From: a virus
Taxonomy: Duplodnaviria > Caudoviricetes
Virus record (IMG/VR): IMGVR_UViG_3300025732_000016
Length of the DNA: 64,000 nt
Direction: 5' to 3' (one strand)
The notes under the pieces are model-generated. The model searched no databases, had not been told where the DNA came from, and worked only from the letters and a program-made list of their open reading frames with translations. The translations under genes and the position numbers were made by a program. Shown here piece by piece: positions 27,331 to 36,178 of the stretch (positions within the stretch are counted from its first letter, which is position 1; the number at the start of each line of letters is the position of its first letter).

Positions 27331-30300
27331 TCTTGCGCAATCGAACACTAAGCCCAAAGTCAGAGCTGTCAACCTCACCGAGGCACGCAGTGTAAGGTTC
27401 GAACTCTGCCCGACCGTCCCAGTCCCACATGTACATCCGCTTCGAGATGCCAGACTCACCGACGACATCGAGGAGGAGATAGGGCTTGCCCTTCTTTGTC
27501 TTCTTCATTGTCGTTGCCTTCACCACGAACCAGTAGAGGTCGAGCGCTGTCCAGTGATCAGTGGACCTCACGTCGTTCTTCTCGAGGCGCTCTCTCACAT
27601 CATTAGGGATGAGGCTCACCGCATCGACAGAGCCAACGATCTCCTTCTGGAAGAGGGCAAGCTCTCGCCTTGTCCATTCTTCCATGCCCCACGTCTCCAC
27701 CGCAATTTCCTGCAGCTTCTTCCAACCCATCTGCGGGTCCTTCTTCGTCGCCTTCCTGATGAGGTGCTGGTTCTCAATGATGCAGTGGTACATGTGCTTG
27801 TAGGAGCTGAAGAAGCAACCGGGGCCGACGAAGGGCAGAGACTCGAAGGCTCCCATCTTGATCAGCGCCTCGAGGGCCCGTCGGTTGAACTTCGAGTTCT
27901 TCCAGATTCCTCGATCATCATAGAGGAGGCTCTTCACGTCAGTGTAGGGTCGGAACTCAAGGATCTCCTCAATCGCCGCTCGACCGACAGACTTCAGAGT
28001 GGAGAATGAGGGGATGAATGACTTCCTCGTCTTTGAGATCTCCCAGTCCATTCCAGATTCGTTGATGTCGACCTTGCCGATCTCATACCCGAAGGACTTG
28101 ATGTCAGCGATCGCCTTTGCCCTCGCCTCTGGGCTGCCGATCATGGACTCCATGTATGCGCAGAGCCACTCAGCCTCGTAGTAGGTGAGCAGCCAGGCGC
28201 AGTAGTAGGAGTCCATCGCGTAGGAGATTGCGTGAGATGCGTTGAACCCGTAACCTGCGAAGAAGAGAATATCATCCCAGAGCTTCGAGGCGATGTCCTC
28301 CTTCACTCCGTTCTTCACTGCGCCCTGGACGAAGGAATCCTTCATCGCCTTCGCCTTCTTCATCGACTCTTCAGGATTGCCGCCCTGACGCTTCAGGATG
28401 TTCTTTCGGACCTTGTCGCACTCTGACTTCGGGAACCCGGCCACCACGTTACAGAGGGCCATCAGCTGTTCCTGGAAGATGATGCAGCCGAATGTCGGTT
28501 CGAGTACCTGCTTGATGAGAGGGTGCTTGTAGTCGATCGCGTAGGGATTCGCCTTCGCCTCGAGGTAGAGCTTGTCAACGTGTGCTGCGAGGGGACCGGG
28601 ACGATAGATCGAAGTTAGTGTAGCGATGTCAACGAGAGACCTCGGCTTCGCCTTCTGGAAGAGTCGTTGGGCTCCACCGGAAGTGAGCTGGAAGACTCCT
28701 GGAGTGCGCTTCGTCGCCTGGTGGTAGACGTTCTCATACACCTTCTGGTCGTTGAAGTCGATCACCTCGTTCGCCATGTTCTCATCGAACCAGGCTCGAA
28801 CCTGATCGAACGTCGGGTTCTCAATTCCCTTGTGACGACGGAGGATGAGCTCGATCGAACGTCGAATGATTCGCAGAGTTTCAAGACCGAGGAGGTCGAA
28901 CTTCACCCACCCAAGCATTTCGAGGTGCTTGTAGTTCATGCCCTCGACCCAAGGGGTCTGCTGCTCGCCTCTGGCGGCGATGAGGGGCATCCGCTCAGAG
29001 ATCCTCTCGGAAACGATTACGCCACCCGCATGACGACCGAGCGACTTGTTCTGCCTGAAGAGGACCTTGACGCTCTCGCCAATGTGAGGATACCGATCGA
29101 TGAAGTCCTTGAACGGCTTCGAGTGCTCATAAGAGTCTTCGTAGGTGAGGACGAAGAGGTTCTTATCGTCACCGACCTTCTTCGTCGCATTGACGACATC
29201 CACGTCGACCGTCTTCAACGCCTCGTTCACCTCATCGAGGGGAAGACCGTAGAACCTCGAGATGTCTCGAATGAGAGACTTGAGCTTGAAGGTGTTGTAG
29301 TTCGAGATCGGAATGATGTTCTCAGTGCCGAAGTTGGTCCTGAGCAGATCGAGGAGCTGGTCTCGGTTCTCGATGTCGGTATCGATGTCAGGCAAGCCCT
29401 CACGGTCAGGAGAGAGGAACCGCTCGAAGAGGAGATCGTACTTGATCGGATCCACGTCAGTGATGCCGAGAACGTAGCAGACAACCGAACCGGCAGCCGA
29501 ACCTCGACCGGGACCGACGAACATCTTTGTCTTTGCGAGGCCGATGATCTCCTTCATCGTGAGGAAGTACGAGGCGAAGTCCTTGTCCTTGATGACCTTC
29601 AGCTCGTAAACTGCGCGTTGGACATACTCCTTGTTCGTGTGGAGCCCTTTCTTCTTCAGCCCCTCCTTCACGGATTCCGTGAGAGCCTCGATCGCCGTCT
29701 TCCCCTCGGGGATGATGTAGGTCGGAAGCTTGACAGACTTATCGGGCTGGACGTCTCCAATCGAATTGTGAGCGATGTCCCAGGTCCGCTCCACGGCGTC
29801 CTTCACCATCACGTCATCATAGAAATCCGCCTCGCCGCGGGTCTCCATGTAGGTCTCCCAGACCTGCTTCGCATTCTTCGGGTAGAGTTCGCACTTGAGC
29901 TCGTCCTTCGACTTTGGAAGAGAGTCAGGATTGAACGCCTCGAAGTTGAGCCGGCCGAGCTTCTTGTAGATCTCACGTTCACGCCAGTGCTCAGGACGTG
30001 CGTAGTGAGAGTCACAGGTGACCACGAGCTTGTCGGTGATCCCCTCACGTCGGGCAAATTCGATGAGGGCTCGATTCGCCAAGTGCTGGGCCGGAAGCTT
30101 GTTGAACTGGAGCTCGAGGTGAGCATTCTCGCGACCGACGGCATCGACGATCCGGTCCCAGGTTGAACCGATTCGGGACATGGTCCTGTTCATTAGACTC
30201 TTGTCATCGAGAAGACGCCAGCTGAGCTGGTCAAATTCTACACCCTGCATCTCCTGGAAGACTTCCCAGGCGAGAGGCCCGCCGATGCAGGCAGTCGAGA

Positions 30301-30883
30301 CGAAGAAGTCGCCCTTCGCAGCTTCCTTCAGCATCTTGTAATCGATGCGTGGGAAACGGTAGAAACCATCGGAGTACGACTTCGACACGAGACCGAACAA
30401 CCTCTCCAGCGCTGCAGAGGTCTTCGGAATGACAACAAGGTGGTGTCGACGTGTCACAGGGTTGTAGAACTTCGTTGACTTAGTCTCCTCCTCATTCTCC
30501 ATCGTGAGAGAGGCGACCTCCTCGACAGTCACCGCAGTCGTCTCATCATTCTCGTCCTTCTCAGCAGAGAGGGGAGTGATGACGTCCTCATTCACGATTC
30601 CCTTCGAGCGGTCGAGATCTCGTCTCCACTCATCAAGGTCTGGGTGGAGGTACATCTCGCAGCCCGGAATGAGCTTGAAGTTGCCGCCAGCCTTCCGCAG
30701 CTTATCAGTATGAAGCCAGGCGTGGCCGAAGGAGTTCATGTGACCGTGGTTCGTCATCGACCAAGCGTCTAGTCCGTTCTCACGACAGAAGTCGATGTGC
30801 TCTTGCGGCAAGCTTAGACCGTCAAAAGTACTCGCACCGTCGTGAGAGTGTAGACCCACGAATCGAGAGGGCGGATTCACCAT
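27314..30883 (-). CDS. dnaE: DNA polymerase III alpha subunit (family C)
   Basis: PHP (LHSH, TNHG, DSHY), GPGRGSAAGS, LLFERFLSPDREGLPDIDTD, GRHAGGV, KFDLLGL, YGFNASHA; ATG 30883 with AAGGAG. Confidence 0.97.
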   Translation of the reverse strand: MVNPPSRFVGLHSHDGASTFDGLSLPQEHIDFCRENGLDAWSMTNHGHMNSFGHAWLHTDKLRKAGGNFKLIPGCEMYLHPDLDEWRRDLDRSKGIVNEDVITPLSAEKDENDETTAVTVEEVASLTMENEEETKSTKFYNPVTRRHHLVVIPKTSAALERLFGLVSKSYSDGFYRFPRIDYKMLKEAAKGDFFVSTACIGGPLAWEVFQEMQGVEFDQLSWRLLDDKSLMNRTMSRIGSTWDRIVDAVGRENAHLELQFNKLPAQHLANRALIEFARREGITDKLVVTCDSHYARPEHWREREIYKKLGRLNFEAFNPDSLPKSKDELKCELYPKNAKQVWETYMETRGEADFYDDVMVKDAVERTWDIAHNSIGDVQPDKSVKLPTYIIPEGKTAIEALTESVKEGLKKKGLHTNKEYVQRAVYELKVIKDKDFASYFLTMKEIIGLAKTKMFVGPGRGSAAGSVVCYVLGITDVDPIKYDLLFERFLSPDREGLPDIDTDIENRDQLLDLLRTNFGTENIIPISNYNTFKLKSLIRDISRFYGLPLDEVNEALKTVDVDVVNATKKVGDDKNLFVLTYEDSYEHSKPFKDFIDRYPHIGESVKVLFRQNKSLGRHAGGVIVSERISERMPLIAARGEQQTPWVEGMNYKHLEMLGWVKFDLLGLETLRIIRRSIELILRRHKGIENPTFDQVRAWFDENMANEVIDFNDQKVYENVYHQATKRTPGVFQLTSGGAQRLFQKAKPRSLVDIATLTSIYRPGPLAAHVDKLYLEAKANPYAIDYKHPLIKQVLEPTFGCIIFQEQLMALCNVVAGFPKSECDKVRKNILKRQGGNPEESMKKAKAMKDSFVQGAVKNGVKEDIASKLWDDILFFAGYGFNASHAISYAMDSYYCAWLLTYYEAEWLCAYMESMIGSPEARAKAIADIKSFGYEIGKVDINESGMDWEISKTRKSFIPSFSTLKSVGRAAIEEILEFRPYTDVKSLLYDDRGIWKNSKFNRRALEALIKMGAFESLPFVGPGCFFSSYKHMYHCIIENQHLIRKATKKDPQMGWKKLQEIAVETWGMEEWTRRELALFQKEIVGSVDAVSLIPNDVRERLEKNDVRSTDHWTALDLYWFVVKATTMKKTKKGKPYLLLDVVGESGISKRMYMWDWDGRAEFEPYTACLGEVDSSDFGLSVRLRKMKILG

Positions 30884-30901
30884 TCTTTCTCCTTGAGAGA
30901 T

Positions 30902-30929
30902 ACTGTAGAATTGAGGTGTGATGTGTTCA
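30902..30929 (-). promoter_or_regulatory. Putative promoter TGAACA-N16-TACAGT upstream of dnaE
   Basis: Recurring class. Confidence 0.6.
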
Positions 30930-31127
30930 GCAGCGCTTGACAATTTCCAACAGCTCACGCTTCACGGCAGTGAACACGCCTCCGCCCGCTGAGTAGACGT
31001 CGTAGACGACGCTCACCTCAGTGATGCGAAACTGAGACAGTTCAGAGTGTTCGTACGGACCCTTCAGGACCACGTAGAGAACCTCTGGGCTGCCTGCTAT
31101 GAAGCGGACAACGTCCCCCGGCTTCAT
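30927..31127 (-). CDS. Small hypothetical protein (SH3/KOW-like)
   Basis: MKPGDVVRF start; ATGA coupling. Confidence 0.6.
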   Translation of the reverse strand: MKPGDVVRFIAGSPEVLYVVLKGPYEHSELSQFRITEVSVVYDVYSAGGGVFTAVKRELLEIVKRC

Positions 31128-31330
31128 TCGCCGCTGGGAGCGAGCTGCAGGGTGTGGAAACCCGTCGCATAGTAGCGAAGCTCATTCCCAACGAGGACGG
31201 CGTAGTGGATGAGGTGCGGTCGCTCGGCCTTCACCTCAGCAGCGGGCACTCCCTGCCCGTAGTAGGTACCAACGGCGCACTTATTGCCGTACTCATCAAT
31301 CACTCGAACTCTGGTCTTTCCGGCTTCCAT
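31124..31330 (-). CDS. Small hypothetical protein
   Basis: GAGG RBS; coupled. Confidence 0.6.
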   Translation of the reverse strand: MEAGKTRVRVIDEYGNKCAVGTYYGQGVPAAEVKAERPHLIHYAVLVGNELRYYATGFHTLQLAPSGE

Positions 31331-31339
31331 GATTTTTCC

Positions 31340-31570
31340 TCAGCAGGGGTTATTACGATACCACTCGATCATCTCGAGTATACGGGGGACCTCAGAATCG
31401 TCGCAGTCCTTATAGCTTCGACCGAGGCGCGACTTCAGGCGCTCGTAAATGTGCGCATATGAGTTCCGAACCTTCAAAAACTTGCATGGCGGCAGCCTGC
31501 CCTTCAGGTGATCACCCGCCTCGCGGGCCTTCTCTCTGATGATCTGGATGTTCTCGGGTGAGAGAGCCAT
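31340..31570 (-). CDS. Small hypothetical protein (76 aa)
   Basis: GGAG RBS; clean ORF. Confidence 0.65.
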   Translation of the reverse strand: MALSPENIQIIREKAREAGDHLKGRLPPCKFLKVRNSYAHIYERLKSRLGRSYKDCDDSEVPRILEMIEWYRNNPC

Positions 31571-31579
31571 GGATATCCT

Positions 31580-32221
31580 TTACTCCTTCCTCTTGTTATC
31601 CCAGATTGTACGGGAGAAACACTGGAGATGGTCGAGGAGACCATCCATGTCCTCCTTTTTCACTGAGGCTTTTATCTCTATCATGTCGCCCACGACCTCG
31701 GCGGTCACGCTCCCGGGACCCTTCGGTCCGAGACGAAGGGAGCAGATTTCACTCTCTGAGATTGGTCGATAGCCCCAGAGATCCACGCAGACGTTCACTC
31801 TCTTGCCGCTGACGACGGGACCTTCGTGTCGATGACCGTGAATCTGTAGAGCAACGTGGTCGAGGACAGACTCTGGCAGTGGCTTGTGACAGAGGAGAGC
31901 GCTCCTTCCATCGAGGAGACTGATGGTCTTCCGTTGCCAGACCTCGTCAAAGCCCGAATCGAGCATAGTCCGATGAGACCTGTCGTGGTTTCCCCTGATG
32001 AGGATCTTCTTGCCCCGAAGCTTCCTCACTAGTCCCGCTCCCGCCCCTGCATCTCCGAGAAATACGTCACCGACGACGTACACAGTGTCTTCCTCTTTGA
32101 CCGTCTCATTCCAGCGCTCGATTAGCGCGGCATTCATGGCTCCCAGAGACTCGAAGGGGCGGGAGCAGTATTTCAGAATGTTCTCATGGTTCAGGTGGAG
32201 GTCGCTGGTGAACCAGTTCAA
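31580..32221 (-). CDS. Calcineurin-like metallophosphoesterase
   Basis: FTSDLHLNH, VGDVF, RGNHD, LCHKP, IHGHRH. Confidence 0.9.
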   Translation of the reverse strand: MNWFTSDLHLNHENILKYCSRPFESLGAMNAALIERWNETVKEEDTVYVVGDVFLGDAGAGAGLVRKLRGKKILIRGNHDRSHRTMLDSGFDEVWQRKTISLLDGRSALLCHKPLPESVLDHVALQIHGHRHEGPVVSGKRVNVCVDLWGYRPISESEICSLRLGPKGPGSVTAEVVGDMIEIKASVKKEDMDGLLDHLQCFSRTIWDNKRKE

Positions 32222-32222
32222 G

Positions 32223-33251
32223 TTAGACTCCGAAGATCTGGCGGACCCTCTCACCCTGCGTGACGTTGAGCTTCCTCATCTTTGCCTCCTGTTCAGGAGT
32301 GATGTCCTTGGAGAGCTTCCTTCCAACATTCTCGTCCATTCCCTCTACGAAGGAATCGTAGATTGTCGTCAGCATCTCCCTCGAATCAACATCACCGGCT
32401 TTCTCCATTGTCCTTGCCAGTCCTACAATACCATAAGCAAGTTCTGATATGTTTACATCGTCTGGGTTCAATCCCGGATATTGTTCGAGGAGAGGGTCAG
32501 CGACGTAGGCTCCCTCGATGACGTAGTCCGCGATGTCCCTGAAGAAGCTCCTGAAGTCTGTAGAGACGGAGTGGTAGGTGATGCCGGCCCTGAACTTGGA
32601 GGGGACCCTCTCACCGTCCTTTAGACGAGCCATCACACCCTCAGTGCCGATAGTGAGGACGAGGTAGTCACCGAGAGCCTTGTAGAGGTTACCGGTGACA
32701 TAGCCCTTGATACCGCGCTCGGGAGTGTAGCGACCCTTCATCCACTCTGAATAGCTTGGATGCGTAACGACTGTATCAACTTGCGCCAGACCGCCTGAAG
32801 GGACTTTGACAATGATCATGAGTGGGTGACCGCCCACAGTGAGATCGACGTCGACCATTGGGGGCCTGACCGTCGTGAGGTACTCGGTGAGGAGATCGGT
32901 GTATTCTCTGACTGTGAGAGCCTCCTCTTTCCTCCTCTCTGTCAGATCCTTTCCAGTGTAGTCGACCGGGAAGGAGACAAGGTAGTCGATGTCACCGTAA
33001 GTCGCGCTCGGACGATCGACAATGTCTCTCTCAGCGTGAGTTGCAGAGCCTGTCGGACGAATGGGATCGAGCGGAGCCTTGCCTCTCGACTTGAGCCATT
33101 CATTGAACCCTTTTAAAAATTCTCTGTAGACTCCGCCCGCTTCTCTCACTAATGACGGTGTGAGATCTCTACGGTGCTCAGGAGGAAGTTTTAGACCACC
33201 CTCACTGAGGTAGGCCCTTACCAACTGACGAAGTTCTTTAATTGAGTTCAT
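32223..33251 (-). CDS. Pol beta-superfamily nucleotidyltransferase with head-type leader
   Basis: TGS...YGDIDYLV and QVD third carboxylate; N-term ELRQLVRAYLSEG. Confidence 0.65.
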   Translation of the reverse strand: MNSIKELRQLVRAYLSEGGLKLPPEHRRDLTPSLVREAGGVYREFLKGFNEWLKSRGKAPLDPIRPTGSATHAERDIVDRPSATYGDIDYLVSFPVDYTGKDLTERRKEEALTVREYTDLLTEYLTTVRPPMVDVDLTVGGHPLMIIVKVPSGGLAQVDTVVTHPSYSEWMKGRYTPERGIKGYVTGNLYKALGDYLVLTIGTEGVMARLKDGERVPSKFRAGITYHSVSTDFRSFFRDIADYVIEGAYVADPLLEQYPGLNPDDVNISELAYGIVGLARTMEKAGDVDSREMLTTIYDSFVEGMDENVGRKLSKDITPEQEAKMRKLNVTQGERVRQIFGV

Positions 33252-33282
33252 TTAATGGCCTCATGAATCAGAATGTAAAATT

Positions 33283-33480
33283 CTAAGAGCTCTGACCGAG
33301 TGAAGACCTGAGAGTCCTGATGAGAGCTTCCTCAATCTCCGGTGTCACCTTGAACGTTACGCTAGCCGTACCGTCAGGCTGAGAAGTAAGAGTGACTCCG
33401 CAGACTATCTCGCTGTTAAAGCTGAGAGTCCGATTCTCAGGATTCTGGACTGTCTGATTGAGTGTGACTGTTGTTTCCAT
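33283..33480 (-). CDS. Small hypothetical protein
   Basis: Clean 65-aa ORF after Gly-rich gene. Confidence 0.55.
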   Translation of the reverse strand: METTVTLNQTVQNPENRTLSFNSEIVCGVTLTSQPDGTASVTFKVTPEIEEALIRTLRSSLGQSS

Positions 33481-33481
33481 A

Positions 33482-34558
33482 CTATGACCCCGTTAGAATG
33501 AGAACTGTCCCAGCAGTGCCTGCGGCGCCGGTGGTGCCGCCATTTGCGCCATTTCCGAAGGCGCCCCCCACTGATGAAACTGTTCCAAGATTGATGACCG
33601 TGTTTGCTGCAACGATGACTCCGCCGCCTGCGCCGCCACCGCCGCCGCCGGCTTTTGTAGTACCACCTGCTGATGTTCCATTTGCACCGTTCCCACCGAT
33701 TGCACGAATTGTTCCAGCGTTATTAAGGGAGTCACAGAAAACGTAGCAGTTCGCCGCCCCTCCGCCACCGCCGCCGCCCGTCCCAGAATTGACACCGTCG
33801 CCGTTGACAGCCCCACCACCGCCGCCGCCCGAACCGTTTATTGATTGCACGGTTGCGACGTTGAAAACTCTACGTCGAACAAAGAAACCGATGTCACGCC
33901 AGCCTGTCACCACTGCAACAGGGGCAACAGTGGTGTTACCAGTTCCACCCGCTTGAGCGCCCGCGCCGCCGCCCCCGCCGCCGCTGGAGTTCGAGCCAGC
34001 TCCTGACGCATTCGAACCCGCAGCGTTTCCGGTCGTCGGACCGCCGCCGTTTCCTCCCCCGCCGGTTGAGTAGTTCCAGGACCCCTGGTTGGAGATTGCT
34101 CCACCTGCCGTGGCGTTTGTCGCATCGTTACCCTTCGCCTCGTAGGTTCCGTTGTTCGTCAGGGTCCCTTTCACAAAAGGGAGAAACCCAGCAACCCGAA
34201 GTGTCACCCCCGAGTTGATCGTGAGATCGCGAAGGTAGGCATCGCGGGTCATCGTATAGACGGAGCCCACTCTCGACGCCCAACTTACAGAAGCAGAACC
34301 ATCGAGAGTCGCCGAACCGTCTGACGCATCACCAAGGAAAGATGAGGGTATGTTGAAATTCTGGGCGCTGATACTTCCCGTTATGATGAGGGCTACGCCC
34401 GTGCCAGCGTTAATGGTGACAGCCCCTGAGTCTGCAGTGATCGTTCGACCCGTTCCCACCCCGCCGTTATCGTAAGCATCATCGAGTGAGTAGACAATGT
34501 CAGCGGGCCCGAGACTGTTGTCGGCAACCTGCAGACCTCTGATCCTTGTGGGTGGCAT
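33482..34558 (-). CDS. Glycine-rich tail-fibre/appendage-like protein
   Basis: Repeated GGGGGG/GGNGAN tracts with beta-repeat linkers; 358 aa. Confidence 0.7.
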   Translation of the reverse strand: MPPTRIRGLQVADNSLGPADIVYSLDDAYDNGGVGTGRTITADSGAVTINAGTGVALIITGSISAQNFNIPSSFLGDASDGSATLDGSASVSWASRVGSVYTMTRDAYLRDLTINSGVTLRVAGFLPFVKGTLTNNGTYEAKGNDATNATAGGAISNQGSWNYSTGGGGNGGGPTTGNAAGSNASGAGSNSSGGGGGGAGAQAGGTGNTTVAPVAVVTGWRDIGFFVRRRVFNVATVQSINGSGGGGGGAVNGDGVNSGTGGGGGGGAANCYVFCDSLNNAGTIRAIGGNGANGTSAGGTTKAGGGGGGAGGGVIVAANTVINLGTVSSVGGAFGNGANGGTTGAAGTAGTVLILTGS

Positions 34559-34567
34559 TTTAGCTCC

Positions 34568-35356
34568 TTATCGTATCCTTTTCTCAGGGCGTGTGCCGAG
34601 TTTCCTCCGCTCAGCGCCAGACTTTATCCTGCGAACTCTTCCGAGTCTATCGACGATGTCGAACTCGGGCTCAGACTCGAGCTTCACAATGATGTCTTTG
34701 AGGACATCATCATCTGGTGTAGGTATCTGCATTACCCTGCAACAAGCATGCAAAACTTGAATTCGCTTTTGCGTGTCACCGAAAGAGATACCCCAGTGCC
34801 AGCTAATCGTCTTCTGAGATCCCTCGATCTCATCCCTGATCGATCTTATCTTTGACTCCAGAGCCCTCTCCAGCTCTGCAGTGGGGATCTCCACTTCAAT
34901 CTCAAGTTCTGCAGCGACCTCAGCAAGAGACTCATATTTCTTCTCGTGATACGCTGAAGTTGCTTCTCTATATAGAGAGATGAGCCTTTCGCGCTGATTG
35001 TCAGTGAGCCTTTCATCGTTGCCTATCCTGTCTGGATGCGTCTTGAGCGCGATCATCCTGTAGGCTTTCTTTGCCCACCCAGGCGTCGAATCAGCAGGAA
35101 TCTCACCAGTCGCTTCATCCTCTTCTAGTGGAGGTGGTGGAGGCGGTGGGTGTGAAGACTCTGGGGGATTTTGCTCACCGACAGGCCGTCTAATGTCAGG
35201 CGAGCTTTCCCTTTCGACTATCTTCGTGAAACGAGAGAGGGCCACAATCGCCCTGTTCACATCGTGATCGTAGGCCGCCTTTCTCTCAGAAACTTCATCC
35301 CTCTCATCCTTGAGATCTCTGAGGGCTTTTGCGAGGGACGAGGCCCTTGACATCAT
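34568..35356 (-). CDS. J-domain (DnaJ-type co-chaperone) protein
   Basis: KKAYRMIALKTHPDR with intact HPD. Confidence 0.75.
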   Translation of the reverse strand: MMSRASSLAKALRDLKDERDEVSERKAAYDHDVNRAIVALSRFTKIVERESSPDIRRPVGEQNPPESSHPPPPPPPLEEDEATGEIPADSTPGWAKKAYRMIALKTHPDRIGNDERLTDNQRERLISLYREATSAYHEKKYESLAEVAAELEIEVEIPTAELERALESKIRSIRDEIEGSQKTISWHWGISFGDTQKRIQVLHACCRVMQIPTPDDDVLKDIIVKLESEPEFDIVDRLGRVRRIKSGAERRKLGTRPEKRIR

Positions 35357-35601
35357 TTTCTCCGCTTATACTCTTTCCAGATCTCAAGTGGCCAGAGGAA
35401 TGACTGCCGGTAGCGAGCAACGATCTTCTCCTCCACCGCTTGACACTCACGCTTTGTCTCTCTTGACCTCGTGAGCTCGCCGAGATCACGCACGAAATTA
35501 GCGATCACGATCTTGGAGACAAGAGAAGAGACTGCGATGACAGTATACTCTGCCGAGATGATCGCTAGAGCGCAAAGGACAATTTGAAGATTTTCTGACA
35601 A
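35353..35601 (-). CDS. Small membrane protein
   Basis: N-terminal hydrophobic helix; GGGAGG RBS; GATAGTTA at 35617-35624. Confidence 0.6.
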   Translation of the reverse strand: MSENLQIVLCALAIISAEYTVIAVSSLVSKIVIANFVRDLGELTRSRETKRECQAVEEKIVARYRQSFLWPLEIWKEYKRRK

Positions 35602-35615
35602 GATAGCCTCCCTTG

Positions 35616-36092
35616 CTAACTATCGTTTTGCTTTCTGTTCTTTCTAACTCGTTCGGCTTCTCTGAGAGTCGAAATCTTCTCGGGGTGTCGTGGATCGCCT
35701 TCTTCGTTGATAACTCTCTCAATAGCTTCTTTCTTCCCGATGAGAGTCACTTTCTTGTCATCGAGAAAGCTAGAGAATGATTCGAGGACAGCAACTCTCT
35801 CTCTCATAGCTGGCAGCTTCTCCTTGATCTTGGTTGACTCAACCCTTGCATGCTCTATCATCTTTTCGATGCCTGTGACGAAAATGGAATTGAGCTCTTC
35901 TTGTGAGGTCGATTTCTTTGCGGACTCTAGCAGACCGACAGCGAATCTCTCAATCTCTCCTAATTGCCTGATGAACCGCATCTCGACTTGAGACTCAACG
36001 AATTCAGACCTTGCTCTTTCCAGAGTGTTCCTCAGCATTGTTGAGATCTCTTCGATCTCGCTGACTCTGGTTTCTATCTCTTCGTACTTCAT
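35616..36092 (-). CDS. Coiled-coil hypothetical protein (158 aa)
   Basis: Heptad-rich helical sequence. Confidence 0.7.
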   Translation of the reverse strand: MKYEEIETRVSEIEEISTMLRNTLERARSEFVESQVEMRFIRQLGEIERFAVGLLESAKKSTSQEELNSIFVTGIEKMIEHARVESTKIKEKLPAMRERVAVLESFSSFLDDKKVTLIGKKEAIERVINEEGDPRHPEKISTLREAERVRKNRKQNDS

Positions 36093-36125
36093 TTCTTGAA
36101 TCTAAAAATTGATGTTAAAAGTAAA

Positions 36126-36151
36126 CGGCGGGGGACCGAAGTCCCCCGCCG
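36126..36151 (-). terminator. Rho-independent terminator with UUCG loop
   Basis: 11-bp stem CGGCGGGGGAC/GTCCCCCGCCG, TTCG loop and TTTACTTTT tail on minus strand. Confidence 0.9.
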
Positions 36152-36178
36152 CCCCCTCGTCAACCGAGGGTCATGTCA

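Noticed and set aside
28667-30166. 499-aa plus-strand ORF; also 51016..52188, 47342..48331, 36662..37414 and similar
   Set aside because: Antisense shadows of strongly conserved minus-strand genes caused by codon bias; no recognisable motifs or RBS
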